Assembly (NCBI RefSeq): GCF_049798375.1
Contig: NZ_JBARGP010000694.1
Location: forward strand, 1-51,390
Origin: Bradyrhizobium sp.
Lineage (GTDB): Bacteria > Pseudomonadota > Alphaproteobacteria > Rhizobiales > Xanthobacteraceae
Reading direction: 5' to 3'
Length of the DNA: 51,390 nt
The notes below the pieces were generated by a model. That model did no database searches. It saw only the letters and a list, made by a program, of their open reading frames with translations, and was not told the DNA's origin. The translations under genes were made by a program, and so were the position numbers. Position 1 is the stretch's first letter. Every line of letters starts with the position of its first letter. Below are positions 1-10,590 of this stretch, piece after piece.

Positions 1-2
1 TT

Positions 3-601
3 TTCGAGCCGTTCTTCACAACCAAGGCTCCAGGCGCAGGGACAGGCCTAGGACTCAGTCAGGTCTACGGCTTTGCTCGGCAATCGTCAGGGCACGTGAC
101 TATCCGAAGCGAGCCCGCGAGGGGCACAACGGTCAACCTATATCTGCCCCGATCGAAAGGAACCAAACCTGTTTTGCTGGACGAGCCCAATCGCAGCGTC
201 TTGGAAGGGCGTGGGGAGAAGATACTGGTCGTCGAGGACGATCGAGGGGTCCGCGAGCACTTGTTGGAGATGCTAGGCGATATGAGTTACTCGGTGCTGA
301 CGGCCGACAACGCAGAGGCAGCCCTGAAAATCATCGCCGATCCGAAACAACAGATCGATCTCCTGCTGACGATGTCGTGATGCCCGGAAGGAACGGCAGA
401 CAACTGGTTGATCGCGCTCTTGCCGAACGTCCTACGCTACAGGTTCTCTTCATGACGGGGTACGGAAGAGATGCCATCGTTCGGGACGGTCGCCTTCATC
501 CCGATGTCGTCCTCATCCAGAAGCCCTTTTCGCCGCCGGAGTTGTCGCTGCGCCTGAGGTCCGTGCTCGATGCTCGCCCAGTCCGCGCGTACGGCACCTA
601 G
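3..601 (+). pseudogene. 3' part of hybrid sensor histidine kinase (HATPase + REC), frameshifted near 370; 5' end outside window
   Basis: Frame 3 reads FEPFFTTKAPGAGTGLGLSQVYGF...KILVVEDD...LLLT. It continues in another frame as DVVMPGRNGRQL...FMTGY...IQKPF; one base is missing in ctgac(c)gatgtc. Confidence 0.85.
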
Positions 602-1000
602 ATGATACTGAACGAGGAAAACTCTCTCTTGAAAGCCACTGAAGCAACCGGCAAATCGTTCCTCCTTGTCGAGGATGAGGCGCTGATCAGGATGATGCTT
701 GCCGACATGCTCGAGGAGCTCGGTCATCGCGTGACCGCGGAAGCCGGAAGCTTGGCTGAGGCGCTTTCGCTCGCGCGGGACGCAGCCTTCGATATTGCGA
801 TCCTCGACATCAACCTTGCCGGATCGGTCAGCGTCCCCGCGGCCGAAGTGATAGCGGAACGAGGCATCCCATTCCTTTTCGCGAGCGGCTATTCGGAGGC
901 CGGCCTACCTCGCGCGCTGGGCGATCGGCCGATGCTGCGCAAACCTTTCCAATTGAAGGAGCTGCAGGGAGCCATCCGAGCACTGCTCGGGGCGGGCTGA
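602..1000 (+). CDS. Single-domain response regulator (REC)
   Basis: LLVEDE...ILDINL...FASGY...LRKPF receiver motifs. Confidence 0.9.
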   Translation: MILNEENSLLKATEATGKSFLLVEDEALIRMMLADMLEELGHRVTAEAGSLAEALSLARDAAFDIAILDINLAGSVSVPAAEVIAERGIPFLFASGYSEAGLPRALGDRPMLRKPFQLKELQGAIRALLGAG

Positions 1001-1369
1001 CTGCCAGCTTAGGCGCCCTCGTCGGCGTTGCCGCTGTTGCCGATCCGGTCAAGATCGGCCTCGATCTCCTTGATGATTTCCCGCAGCAGCAGGAACGCGA
1101 GCGGGTCCATGCTTTTCGGCGTGCAGACTCCGCAAGCGCGCCAGCTCATCAACTGTCTTCGCATGGGGATCGAGCGCCATGGTCGGAGCTTCGAAGCATA
1201 TACGTTGCAGGAACCAGTCGAAGAATTCCGGTCGGGTCGCGTCAGGTATTCAGGCATAAAGGGAAAGGGATATCTGCACCTCTCCTCCCTGCGGCAGGGC
1301 CTCCTCGTCGTCGAAGCCTTTCATCTGCGTCGTGAGAGGATTGACGAGCCGCGGCGGGCCCCCAACCCA

Positions 1370-1700
1370 TTCTTCAATAACCAGGTTCTCGGCACGGCCA
1401 CTGCATTTAAGCGTCCGGGGAATCGCGGAATTGCTCGGCAGACTGCCCTTCAACCTCGATATGACTTGCAAGGGAGCGCACGATCCGTAAGGTTTCGCAT
1501 TCGATGGCGAGTTTCGGCGAGTAGAACGTCTTTTTGGACGTCCTTGCTGCGCCAGTCGGGTGTCGTCCTCGAAATCGATCAAAATGCTTGTGCCCTCCCA
1601 AGCCGTGTCGACGGTGCTGAATCTCTTTCCGTCGACGAGAGCCTCCTCCAAGCACTCAATAGGCAGCGACATCTCCCGGCCCGGTGCCGTAGCCGACGCT
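1370..1700 (-). pseudogene. Heavily degraded PAS-HWE-type histidine kinase remnant
   Basis: Stitching minus-strand frames gives ILIDFEDDT / DWRSKDVQKDVLLAETRHRMRNL / IVRSLASHIEVEGQSAEQFRD / PGRLNAV. This resembles a PAS end followed by the HWE H-box (ExxHRxxN). Confidence 0.5.
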
Positions 1701-1939
1701 CTCTGCCATCATTCGGGTCTAACTGCTGCGTTTTCGTCCCGCTTCGGAAGCCGATTGCGCTGTGCCCCCTCAGGGAGCCCAGTAGAGCCCCTTGCAGCAG
1801 TATTGGTGAGGGAGGGAAGGTTCGCAGGCCAAGGCGGCTCCTTAAGGCGCGAGACCGTCTGGCGCGGTGGCGACCGCCGACACCGCTCCCCTCACCGTCC
1901 GTCCCATTCACGGCCGCCTCGCGACGGCGACTTCCGTCG

Positions 1940-2959
1940 TCAGTGCAGGGTCCGGGCCGCGGCCTCATCGATTGCCGCCATCACGTCCGAAGTTGCCGAT
2001 TGCTGGATCATGTGTCCCGCCCCGGCAATCCGATGCAGGGAGCTCTGCTTGATCTCATCGTGCAGCCTGGCGGATTGCTTGTCGATGTCGATCAGCCGAT
2101 CGCAATCGCCTGCGATGATGACTGTCGGCACATTCAGTCCACTGTAGCCCTTCGATGCCATGAAGGCGGCCGGCACCATCATTGAGGCCTCCGCGGCGGC
2201 GGCTCGCATCTGCGAGGGGCGGACCGTCATTTCCATGGGAAAGGCGGCAAATTTCATTGGGACTCGGCTCGGTCCGAACATCTTGCGCAACGTGGCCGGC
2301 CACATTAGCCGGCCCACCATCGGCGATAGCGTGTAGCTGAGAATGTCGCCGAGCCCCGGAAGAGCCGATGGCAACGAGGTCACGGCGTCGGTACGCGCGG
2401 ACGGATAATAATATCCGGATGCGAGCACCAGTGCCTCTACGAACGAGGGATGCCTGGCGGCCAGCTCCACCGCGACCGCCGCTCCCCACGAATGTCCAAG
2501 AACGATGGCCCGCTCGACACCGAGGCGCTCGAGCGCTTTCTTGAAGAGATCCGCCTGCGCCGCCGGGGTCCACAGGACGTCCCGGGGGCGGGAGCTATGT
2601 CCGAAGCCTGGGCGGTCGAATACGACCGTCCTATACGTCTTGGCGGCCAGATCGATCAGGCCGCTCGATGCGAAATCCTGGATCATGCTGCCGTTGCCGT
2701 GAAGAAGAACGAGCGGCCTGCCGCTTCCGCGTTCGACATAATGCAGCCGAACCCCATCGACCTCGATAAATCGTCCACTCGGCGGATTATCGCGTTGCGC
2801 CTTCTTTGCAAGCTGCCGGTTTACGAGGGCGGTTGCAGCCAGCAGGAGTGCTGCTGCGGCAGCGACCGTGATGATCGGGTGCCGACGCAACGAAGCCTCG
2901 CCCTCGAATTGGGACGCTCGTGACGGAATGCGGTTTCGGGTCGGGGCCATGCGCAACAC
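1940..2959 (-). CDS. Alpha/beta hydrolase with N-terminal hydrophobic anchor
   Basis: LLHGNG, FDRPGFGHS, GHSWG nucleophile motif, GDCD and GAGHM. Confidence 0.92.
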   Translation of the reverse strand: MLRMAPTRNRIPSRASQFEGEASLRRHPIITVAAAAALLLAATALVNRQLAKKAQRDNPPSGRFIEVDGVRLHYVERGSGRPLVLLHGNGSMIQDFASSGLIDLAAKTYRTVVFDRPGFGHSSRPRDVLWTPAAQADLFKKALERLGVERAIVLGHSWGAAVAVELAARHPSFVEALVLASGYYYPSARTDAVTSLPSALPGLGDILSYTLSPMVGRLMWPATLRKMFGPSRVPMKFAAFPMEMTVRPSQMRAAAAEASMMVPAAFMASKGYSGLNVPTVIIAGDCDRLIDIDKQSARLHDEIKQSSLHRIAGAGHMIQQSATSDVMAAIDEAAARTLH

Positions 2960-3014
2960 CTCGGAATGGTCTGCACGATGCCTCAGAACAGTGAGAAATG
3001 TTGCAGGGGTTTAG

Positions 3015-3039
3015 AACCACAACTCCGCAGCTTCGTTCC
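3015..3039 (-). promoter_or_regulatory. Putative EcfG/RpoE2 promoter (GGAAC-N18-TT) for the hydrolase gene
   Basis: Minus strand GGAAC gaagctgcggagttgtgg TT, about 55 nt upstream of the ORF. Confidence 0.5.
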
Positions 3040-3185
3040 ACGATTGAAGCCATTCGCATGGTCTTGCGGATCACTTCCCAGAGTTCCATGGGCCAAAAAG
3101 CAATCTTGTTGGAGCAATTGGGGCGCAGTAATCTCAAAGGAATTGAGGTAGGCTTGATCGACGCTGAGCAAGCGATGGTGGAGCT

Positions 3186-4341
3186 TTGAGCAATCTAGTC
3201 GACGAGATCTCTGGCCAACGCCATGAGCGCCTGGCGGATTTCATCCGCAACAACCAACCCGCCATCATCCAGGAATGGATCGATTTTGCGCAAACGCGTT
3301 CACCGGCGAGCGAGGGGATGTCGGAGCTCGCGCTGAAAGACCACATTGTCGATATTCTAAAGTTCATCGCCGCCGACCTGGAGACTCCTCAAACGCTGGC
3401 CGAACAGTTCGACAAGTCGCGCGGCATGGACGCCGAAGACGGTTCGTTTCGCAAGAGCGCGGCAGAGGTACACGCGGCGCTCCGCCTTGCAGACGGCTTC
3501 GACATCGATCAGATGGTCTCGGAATATCGAGCGTTGCGGGCGAGCGTGGTAAAGCAGTGGTGGCAACCACAGGAGCCTCGAAAGCACCGATCTAGCGGAC
3601 CTCACCCGGTTCAACGAAGCGATCGATCAGGCTGTGACGGAATCGGTCGCCCACTACACCAAACCAATCAATAACTCCCGGAATCTGTTTCTGGGCATCC
3701 TTGGTCACGACCTGCGGAACCCGATTGGCGCAGCTTCAATGGCCGCACAGTGGATGAAGCGGTCTGGGACGCTGGATCCAAAGCAGGCCAAAATTGTCTC
3801 CGATCTCGTCCGGACTACGTACCGGGCGACGCGAATTCTGGATGATCTGCTCGATCTTGCTCGCTCATCTTTCGGAACCGACATCCCGATCGCAAACTCA
3901 CAAACGGACCTGGCCTCGCTATGTCGCGCAATTGCCGACGAACTGCGAAGCGTCAACGAAAAGCAGACGCTCACAGTCGTTCAGGAAGGTGATCCGAACG
4001 GCCTTTGGGATCCGGCAAGAATGGGCCAGGTCCTCTCCAACTTGATGGGCAACGCAGTCCAATACAGCGACGGAACGAGGCCGGTCTCCGTGACCATATC
4101 TGGCAACGACCCCCCTCGCTTTAGCCGTTAGCGTTCACAATTTTGGTCCCGCAATACCTGCTGAAAGTCAAAGGGCAATTTTCCAGTCGTGGATAGGGGC
4201 CAAGAATTGGGTGACCGCGCCCATCTCGGGCTCGGTCTCTACATCGCGAAGCTGATCGTCGAAGCCCATGGCGGCAAGATCGTCGTCACCTCCGGCGAAA
4301 AGACCGGCACGACGTTCACATTTCGCCTTCCTCGTTCCTAA
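3186..4341 (+). pseudogene. Sensor histidine kinase (RsbRD_N-like N-terminus, HisKA, HATPase) with three frameshifts; paralog of 18921-20084
   Basis: ERLADFIRNNQPAII...GHDLRNP...NLMGNA...[18 protein letters not shown]; frame changes near 3560, 4115 and 4197. Confidence 0.88.
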
Positions 4342-4385
4342 CTGGTCGCTGATTTCGGTGGCAAAACGCAAGCGATTGATCTTTG

Positions 4386-4410
4386 GGAACAATATCTTGG
4401 CAACGCGCTT
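4386..4410 (+). promoter_or_regulatory. Putative EcfG/RpoE2 promoter
   Basis: GGAAC aatatcttggcaacgcgc TT, 25 nt before the ATG at 4435. Confidence 0.55.
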
Positions 4411-4434
4411 GGCAGCGTAGAGGATTGCACCGAA

Positions 4435-4806
4435 ATGGCGTATTCGAGCCCCGTCATATTGATCGTCGAGGATGAGTACCTACTGCGGATGGATTCCGTC
4501 GAGGTGCTCGAAGACGCGGGCTTTGAAGTGATTTCGGCGGCCAATGCCGACGAAGCCATCGCCATTCTCGCAGTCCGCTCCGACATCCACGTTGTCTTCA
4601 CCGATGTTCAGATGCCGGGTTCGATGGATGGGTTGAAGCTTGCACGCTTCGTCCGCGACCGCTGGCCGCCGATCAAGATCGTCGCGACGTCCGGTCGCGT
4701 CCACATCGAAGATGACGATTTGCCGGCCGGCAGCGTGTTTTTGCCTAAGCCGTATCGTAGCGCCCACGTCGTCGGAGTTCTGCGGGAGCTCACAGGAACG
4801 ACCTGA
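4435..4806 (+). CDS. Single-domain response regulator
   Basis: ILIVEDE...FTDVQMPGSMDG...ATSG...LPKPY. Confidence 0.92.
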   Translation: MAYSSPVILIVEDEYLLRMDSVEVLEDAGFEVISAANADEAIAILAVRSDIHVVFTDVQMPGSMDGLKLARFVRDRWPPIKIVATSGRVHIEDDDLPAGSVFLPKPYRSAHVVGVLRELTGTT

Positions 4807-5096
4807 TTGGCCCCGACTCTCAAGTTGGCAACCACGTCGGTATCGCATGCACCGAGAACCGGCAGCCGGCGAAGCTCTCCGGGTTGGGTTCTGAAGCGAC
4901 GGTCCCAGCCGAGAGGCTCCCCCATCGTCGCCCGCCGATGCTCACTCCCTCCACCGGAGTGCATTGCCAACTCGGACCTGGCGGCACGACAGGGGTTACC
5001 CGCTAGACAGCGAGAGCACCTCCTCGCCATCGGCCTCGCCACGCGCTAACGAGGCCAGCTAGATTGGTCATCGGGTCGCAAATTGGAAGGAAAGCA

Positions 5097-5662
5097 ATGG
5101 CGGGAGCCATCGAGCGAAACAACGTGCACGTCAGCGGCACCGGCGGCGACGCGATGATGTTCGCCCATGGCTTCAGCTGCGACCAGAACATGTGGCGCTT
5201 CGTGGCGCCTACATTCGAGAAGGATTTCCGGACGATCCTTTTCGACCACGTCGGCGCAGGCGAGGCGGCTTCAGTGCGACGCAGATCGAGGAGTTGCTGC
5301 AGTTCCTGGACTCGAACCATATGGGCTGGTCGGCGCAGATGGCGCCCATGATCATGGGCAACCCGGACCGGCCGGAGCTCGGCCAGGACTTGACCAACAG
5401 CTTCTGCAGGACTGATCCGGAGATTGCCAGAGCATTCGCCCGCGTGACGTTTACGTCCGACAACCGCGACGATCTCGCCCGGGTGGCCCTCTCTACTCTG
5501 ATCCTTCAATGCAGCGAGGACATCATCGCATCAGAGGAGGTCGGCGAGTTCGTGTACCGCACCCTCCCGAACAGCCGAATGATCGTGTTGAAAGCCACCG
5601 GACATTGCCGGAATCTCAGCGCTCCCGAACAAGTGGTCTCCGCGATGCGAACCTTCGTTTGA
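5097..5662 (+). pseudogene. RsbQ-like alpha/beta hydrolase with internal deletion and frameshift at ~5260
   Basis: RNNVHVSG...FAHGFSCDQNMWR...FDHVGAG is joined directly to GGFSATQIEELL...NSFCRTDP...LKATGHC. The segment carrying the GHS nucleophile motif is absent. Confidence 0.85.
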
Positions 5663-5670
5663 CGCCGAGC

Positions 5671-6791
5671 ATGGACCAGAGTTCGTTCGATTTCGAGGAC
5701 ATGATCGAAAACGCTCCATGCGGATACGTTTCGCTGACGCCAGCTGGCCGCGTGGAATATGTGAACCGCACCTTCCTGGAGTGAAGTGGCTATTCGGCCG
5801 ATCGGATGCTCGGTCAGCGGTTTAGCGATTTCCTTACCATGGCGGGGCGCATCTACTACGAAACCCATATCGCGCCCCTGCTGCGCATGCAGGCGGCCTT
5901 CGAGGAGTTTGCCATCGACGCGGTGGGGTTGGATGGCAAGCCGATGCAGATGATCGCGAACGCGAGCGAACGGCGCGACGCGGCGGGCAAACCGCTGTCC
6001 ATACGCCTCGTGCTCATCAGGGCGACCGACCGCCTTCGCTATGAACAGGAGCTGATCGGGGCGAGAGAACTGGCCCGGGCCGCCGAGAAGGTGTCGGCCG
6101 ACGAACTGCATAATGAGCACAATGTTTCCGAGCTGCGCGAGCAGTTCATCGCCGTTCTCGGGCACGATCTGCGCAACCCGCTTGCTTCCATCAGCGCCGG
6201 TGCACGCATCCTGGACCGGACGGCTCAGACCGAAAAGGAACGTCAGGTCATCGCCATGATGCAGACGACCGTGATGGAATGGCAGGACTGATGGACGACG
6301 TGCTCGACCTGGCACGTGGCCGGCTCGGGGGCGGTATCGGTCTGAACCGCGATGCGAGCAAGCCTCTCGAGCCGATCCTCGCGCAGGTCGTCGATGAACT
6401 GAGGCTTGCCTCCCCCGGCCGGACGATCGAAACCGAGTTCAAGATCGATCGTCCCGTCGACTGCGACCGGTCCCGATTAGGCCAGATGCTTTCCAATCTG
6501 GTCGGAAACGCGCTGACGCACGGAGCTTCCAGCAAGCCCGTGATCGTTCATGCTCAGACGCGAGAAGGACTGTTCGAAATCTGGGTATCCAATGCAGGCC
6601 CACCGATCCCGGAAGCCGCCATGGACAAGTTGTTCGAGCCGTTCTTCAGAGGGAACGCGCATGCCAGCCGGCAAGGTCTCGGGCTCGGGCTCTACATCGC
6701 CTCGCAGATCGCGAAGGCGCATGGAGGGGAGCTTAGCGTCAGTTCGACGTTAGAGGAGACGCGATTTACGTTCACCATGCCTCTTGGTTAA
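5671..6791 (+). pseudogene. PAS sensor histidine kinase (RsbP-like PAS + HisKA + HATPase) with in-frame TGA (5782) and frameshift (~6277)
   Basis: ENAPCGY...GRIYYETHIAPLLRMQ...GHDLRNP...NLVGNA...GLGLGLYI. Confidence 0.85.
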
Positions 6792-7318
6792 GCTATGGCG
6801 TCCCCTCGCGTTTAGCCAGAGTTTCCTCGCTACGTGCGTTTCTTAGCCAGCAACACAGCGAGATGTCTGCAGGGCTTGTCAGCCGCGCGCTAAATATCTA
6901 TTTTCGATGCGGATCTCGCCGCGGCTGAGCAGATCGCGCGAGAGCCTGCGTGAACGGCCGTCATCGATTTCTTGCCTCCGCAGCGAGCCGATTTCGGACA
7001 CCCGCGCAGCTCGCCCAAAGGGCGTGACGTGTACGTCGGACCGTAGTTCTCCGTCTGGAGAACAACCTCCGGGTTCCGTAGTTCTCCTACCGTGAACATG
7101 GCCGGAATACGAGGTTGCATCAGTCGGCGGCCCCTTTCTCTCCCGTCGAATGCGTCCGGCGACCTCTGTCACGTTCGGTGTCAACATCAACCGGGCCCGC
7201 TGCCCGGCCCGAAAGCCGCGCTAGACCTATCCGGTTGCTCCGGGAAAGCGGGTGCCTCGCCGGAACAGGACAGCACTCATGCAGATAGAATTCCCTGTAC
7301 GCTGTAGTGCCCGCGTCG

Positions 7319-7564
7319 TCAGTCGCGATGGTGTCGCTGCCGCTCAAGTTCCAGCTCAACTTTCTCGGCAATCATCCAAGCCAATCGAGCGGCGGTATGC
7401 TCGTCACCGATATCGGCCGCGGTGTTCATCTCGGCAAGCCAGCTTTCGATGGTCAATTTAGCAGCGGGATCGATGCTATGGGGGACGGTCTCTCGAAGGG
7501 CCTCCACATATCCGTGTAGGTCCATGCGGGTCGCACTCATCAGTCGATCCTTTGCGTCGAGCAA
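7319..7564 (-). CDS. Hypothetical protein
   Basis: Protein-like composition, upstream GAAGGG, and a near-consensus GGAAC-N18-GTT at 7601-7626. Confidence 0.4.
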   Translation of the reverse strand: MLDAKDRLMSATRMDLHGYVEALRETVPHSIDPAAKLTIESWLAEMNTAADIGDEHTAARLAWMIAEKVELELERQRHHRD

Positions 7565-7899
7565 CCCTTCGGCGGAGCGCCGATTTTAGCCCACAGGCAA
7601 AACTGCTGTTGCCGACCCTTTGTTCCCGCCATGATCCTTTCCCGCCCCTGATGATCGCAGACGCGTGCGGACTCTCTTGGCGCGGACTTGCATTCCGGAG
7701 GCTCCATCGCCTCTCCCCGCCAGGTGCGGACGCGGAGCGGCAGCTCCCCACGCATGCTTCGCCGTGGCGACGAACCGATTGACTTGCAAAAAATGCCGCT
7801 GCCGCCCTCGTGCGGCAGATGATGCTGGACAAAGAAGACGAGGTGTCCCAGGCCCGCACCTTTTCGCACACGGAATAGGCTGCGCGGCTTGGCCGTAGA

Positions 7900-8133
7900 T
7901 CAGCTTTTGACCGCCTTAAGAGCAAGCACGTCGGCCGGCTCGATGCTTTCGATCTCGATTGCCTGCACGACCAGGGCCGGGCCGACGTCAGGCAGCACGT
8001 GGAGCTCGCCGAACATCCTTCCGGACGAAAAAGCTGCTTCACCTTGCAGCTCGGTTTTCGGCTCGGAGACGTCGGTTCCGAAATTGGTGCTGACGATCAC
8101 GCCGACAGCGAAGTCGCCCGACCTGAGCTCCAT
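7900..8133 (-). CDS. Hypothetical protein
   Basis: MELRSGDFAVGVIVSTNFG...; plausible codon usage, no recognised motif. Confidence 0.35.
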   Translation of the reverse strand: MELRSGDFAVGVIVSTNFGTDVSEPKTELQGEAAFSSGRMFGELHVLPDVGPALVVQAIEIESIEPADVLALKAVKS

Positions 8134-8388
8134 CTTCGCGCGCCGACCGCCGAAATAAGCGGCGCACATCATGATCGTGCGCACATGTTTGAGCTCACCG
8201 GGCGAGGTTGTCCAGACATGCATCGAGCCAGGTCCCACTGTCGTCTGTGTCGCTCTCCTGATGATGACGAGGATATCGGCGCACGCGGTCCGGATCAATC
8301 ATTTGAGATGCCCCGGCCGACAAGCCAACTTGTCCCAGCCTCGGAGGGCTGCTGGACGAAGGGGACATACCCAGGAAGCTTCCGTGAC

Positions 8389-9504
8389 CTAGCCGATCAC
8401 GCGGTCTCTTCCGGCGTCCTTGGCTCTGTAGAGAGCTACATCCGCTCGGGCGAGGACATCGTCCGGCGCTTCGTCCGCCCTGAGTTGAGCGACGCCCGCC
8501 GACATGGTCACCGCGAGCCCATCGCCGATCGCGCCCCAGTTCATTCCGCGAACGATTTGTCTTATCCGATCAACCACATCGACAGCTTGATCTCCTGGCA
8601 GCCCCGGCAGGATCACAAGGAATTCCTCCCCACCGTAGCGGCCCAGCCTGTCCACGTCTCGGATATTGGCGACCACCGAGACGGCGAAGCTCCTCAGCAC
8701 CTCATCGCCTACCGGATGTCCGTAACCGTCATTGATCCTTTTGAAGAGATCGAGGTCGATGATCGCCACGGAACAGGACATCCCGTTGCGCTGGGCGCGC
8801 GCAACCTCTTCGTTCAGCGCCCGCATGATGTACCGGCGGCTCAGGACGCCGGTAAGTTCATCGATCTGCGCCAGCTCCTCGATCCGCGCGTGCGCCTCCT
8901 CGAGCTCGTTGCCCCTCTTGTACAGCATCTCTCGCAGCGAACTGCCGTAGAGCCCGGTAAAGGCGCAGCGCCCCAGCGCCGTGACGAAGCAGAGCAGAGC
9001 CAACTGGCGCTCGGTGAGCGTAGCCATCGGCATCGCGATCGGCCTGTCGGTGCAAATGAACAGGAAGGTCAAGCCGACCGCCGAGAAGGTCCAAACTGCG
9101 CTCGCTTGTCTCGCGCTCATCCGCAGCGCGCCGAAGCCCAGCACGATGAAGATGATGCTGACGAAGTAGAATCCGATTTCGGGCGCCAGATAGACGGCCG
9201 TCAGCTGAATGGCGATGCTACCGAAGCTCTGAGGGACCGTCAGGTAGTGGTCCTTGAAGCGGTCCGTCAGGTGCAGCTCGGAAGCTGCCCACATCAGGGC
9301 GGTCCAGGCGGTGCCGCCCGCGGCATACCCCGCCGCCACCCAAGCGTCTGTCGTCCCTGCCAAGTAGTACAGCGACAGTATAGCGGAATCCAACAGGAAG
9401 CTGGAGGCTTGCGCGACATACATCGGCCGGCGCTGGCGCGCGCGTCCAGCTGCTTCCTTCGTTACCTGTCTGGGGGCCGAAAACCCGGTTAAGGCCTGTG
9501 CCAT
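8389..9504 (-). CDS. Membrane-bound diguanylate cyclase (GGDEF)
   Basis: Several TM helices, DELTG, DLDLFKRINDGYGH, GGEEF active site with RxxD I-site (RDVD). Confidence 0.95.
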   Translation of the reverse strand: MAQALTGFSAPRQVTKEAAGRARQRRPMYVAQASSFLLDSAILSLYYLAGTTDAWVAAGYAAGGTAWTALMWAASELHLTDRFKDHYLTVPQSFGSIAIQLTAVYLAPEIGFYFVSIIFIVLGFGALRMSARQASAVWTFSAVGLTFLFICTDRPIAMPMATLTERQLALLCFVTALGRCAFTGLYGSSLREMLYKRGNELEEAHARIEELAQIDELTGVLSRRYIMRALNEEVARAQRNGMSCSVAIIDLDLFKRINDGYGHPVGDEVLRSFAVSVVANIRDVDRLGRYGGEEFLVILPGLPGDQAVDVVDRIRQIVRGMNWGAIGDGLAVTMSAGVAQLRADEAPDDVLARADVALYRAKDAGRDRVIG

Positions 9505-9931
9505 GGAAGCAATTTTCTAAAGCTACAGGAAAGCGGATTCCGGTTAAGATTGGCTTCTCGTCAGGATCAGATTGCGGGCGAGAGAACGGCCCCGCCATCG
9601 ACATGGCTCGGTGCGAGGCAATTCAGCTGCCGCTGCTCCGTCAGCTGAATGTCCGGATGATCTAACGATCCATGCGCCGAGCTTTTGCACCGGTTTCTTG
9701 GCACCGCTGAATGCCAGTGGGGCGTAACCGCTTGGAGCGCTGTGGTCCAGCCTCGTTCCCGTCACTTGTGCGGGCTCGGCCGGCCGGCACAACGAGCATC
9801 CACTTCATTCGCGCCCTGCCCCGGGTGCGCCCTGTTTCAGCACGCGCAGGTCTCTCGGTTTGCCATGAAACACCAGAAGGACGGCTCAGCATACGCCCTC
9901 ATGGTGCCACCGTTCGAATGCCAGTCCGGCC

Positions 9932-10189
9932 GTGAAATCCTGTGGCCGAGGCTTGGTTCCGGCCGTACCGGCGAACCTTCAGATGATCGTCGCGATTGCT
10001 GGGGCGGTCCTGCTCCCCGTCGGCTTCGGCCTGCCTCGCGGATCGACGCTGCACAATCCGCTTGTGGCCTCAGGCGCATTCGCAGGATTCACCGGGGCGA
10101 TCCTGTTTTTTCTGATGTTCGTGCAGGGCGAAACCCCTCGCGGGATCTCCGATGGAAAGACCTGTTCGCAGGCTCTGCCCCGCAGCTGA
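9932..10189 (+). CDS. Small two-TM hypothetical protein
   Basis: Two hydrophobic stretches; start uncertain. Confidence 0.3.
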   Translation: MKSCGRGLVPAVPANLQMIVAIAGAVLLPVGFGLPRGSTLHNPLVASGAFAGFTGAILFFLMFVQGETPRGISDGKTCSQALPRS

Positions 10190-10359
10190 AACCGCGCCCG
10201 AGCGAGTAGCTTGTCGACCGGTTGCTAGGCTTCTGCTTAACCCCGCGACCGCAAAGCAGCTCCGGGTGAGCCCGATGGGCTGGTCGGCCGTCCGTAGCTT
10301 GCAATCGATCCTCTCGCAAGGCGGGCCAATCCTTCAATTGCGTGTCAGGACGATCGAGA

Positions 10360-10560
10360 GGAACCGGGAGCTGGGCGAGGCTCGGTGCGAGCTCGTCCTT
10401 CCGGAACGGCTTCGTCAGCCTCACGAGCGACGGTTCGACCCCATCAACCTAGGGGTATCCGGAAACGAGGAGAACTCCGATTTCCGGGCGGAGCTGCCGG
10501 ACTGTCCGTGCAAGTTCGGATCCGTCCATTCCGGGCATGAGATGGTCCGTCACGAGCACA
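10360..10560 (-). pseudogene. Remnant C-terminal REC domain of a hybrid kinase, similar to the end of 15046-18879
   Basis: VLVTDHLMPGMDGSELAR...LLVSGYP*...RLTKPFRKDELA versus LLVTDHLMTGMNGTDLAR...LLVSGYA...RLTKPFRRDELA. Confidence 0.8.
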
Positions 10561-10590
10561 CATCGAAGCTGCCGCCGCTCCGCACACCAG

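Noticed and set aside
1028..2185. 385-aa + strand ORF
   Set aside because: Low-complexity Arg-rich translation spanning a minus-strand relic and the hydrolase end.
6800..7310. Several short overlapping ORFs
   Set aside because: No recognisable motif or consistent coding signal.
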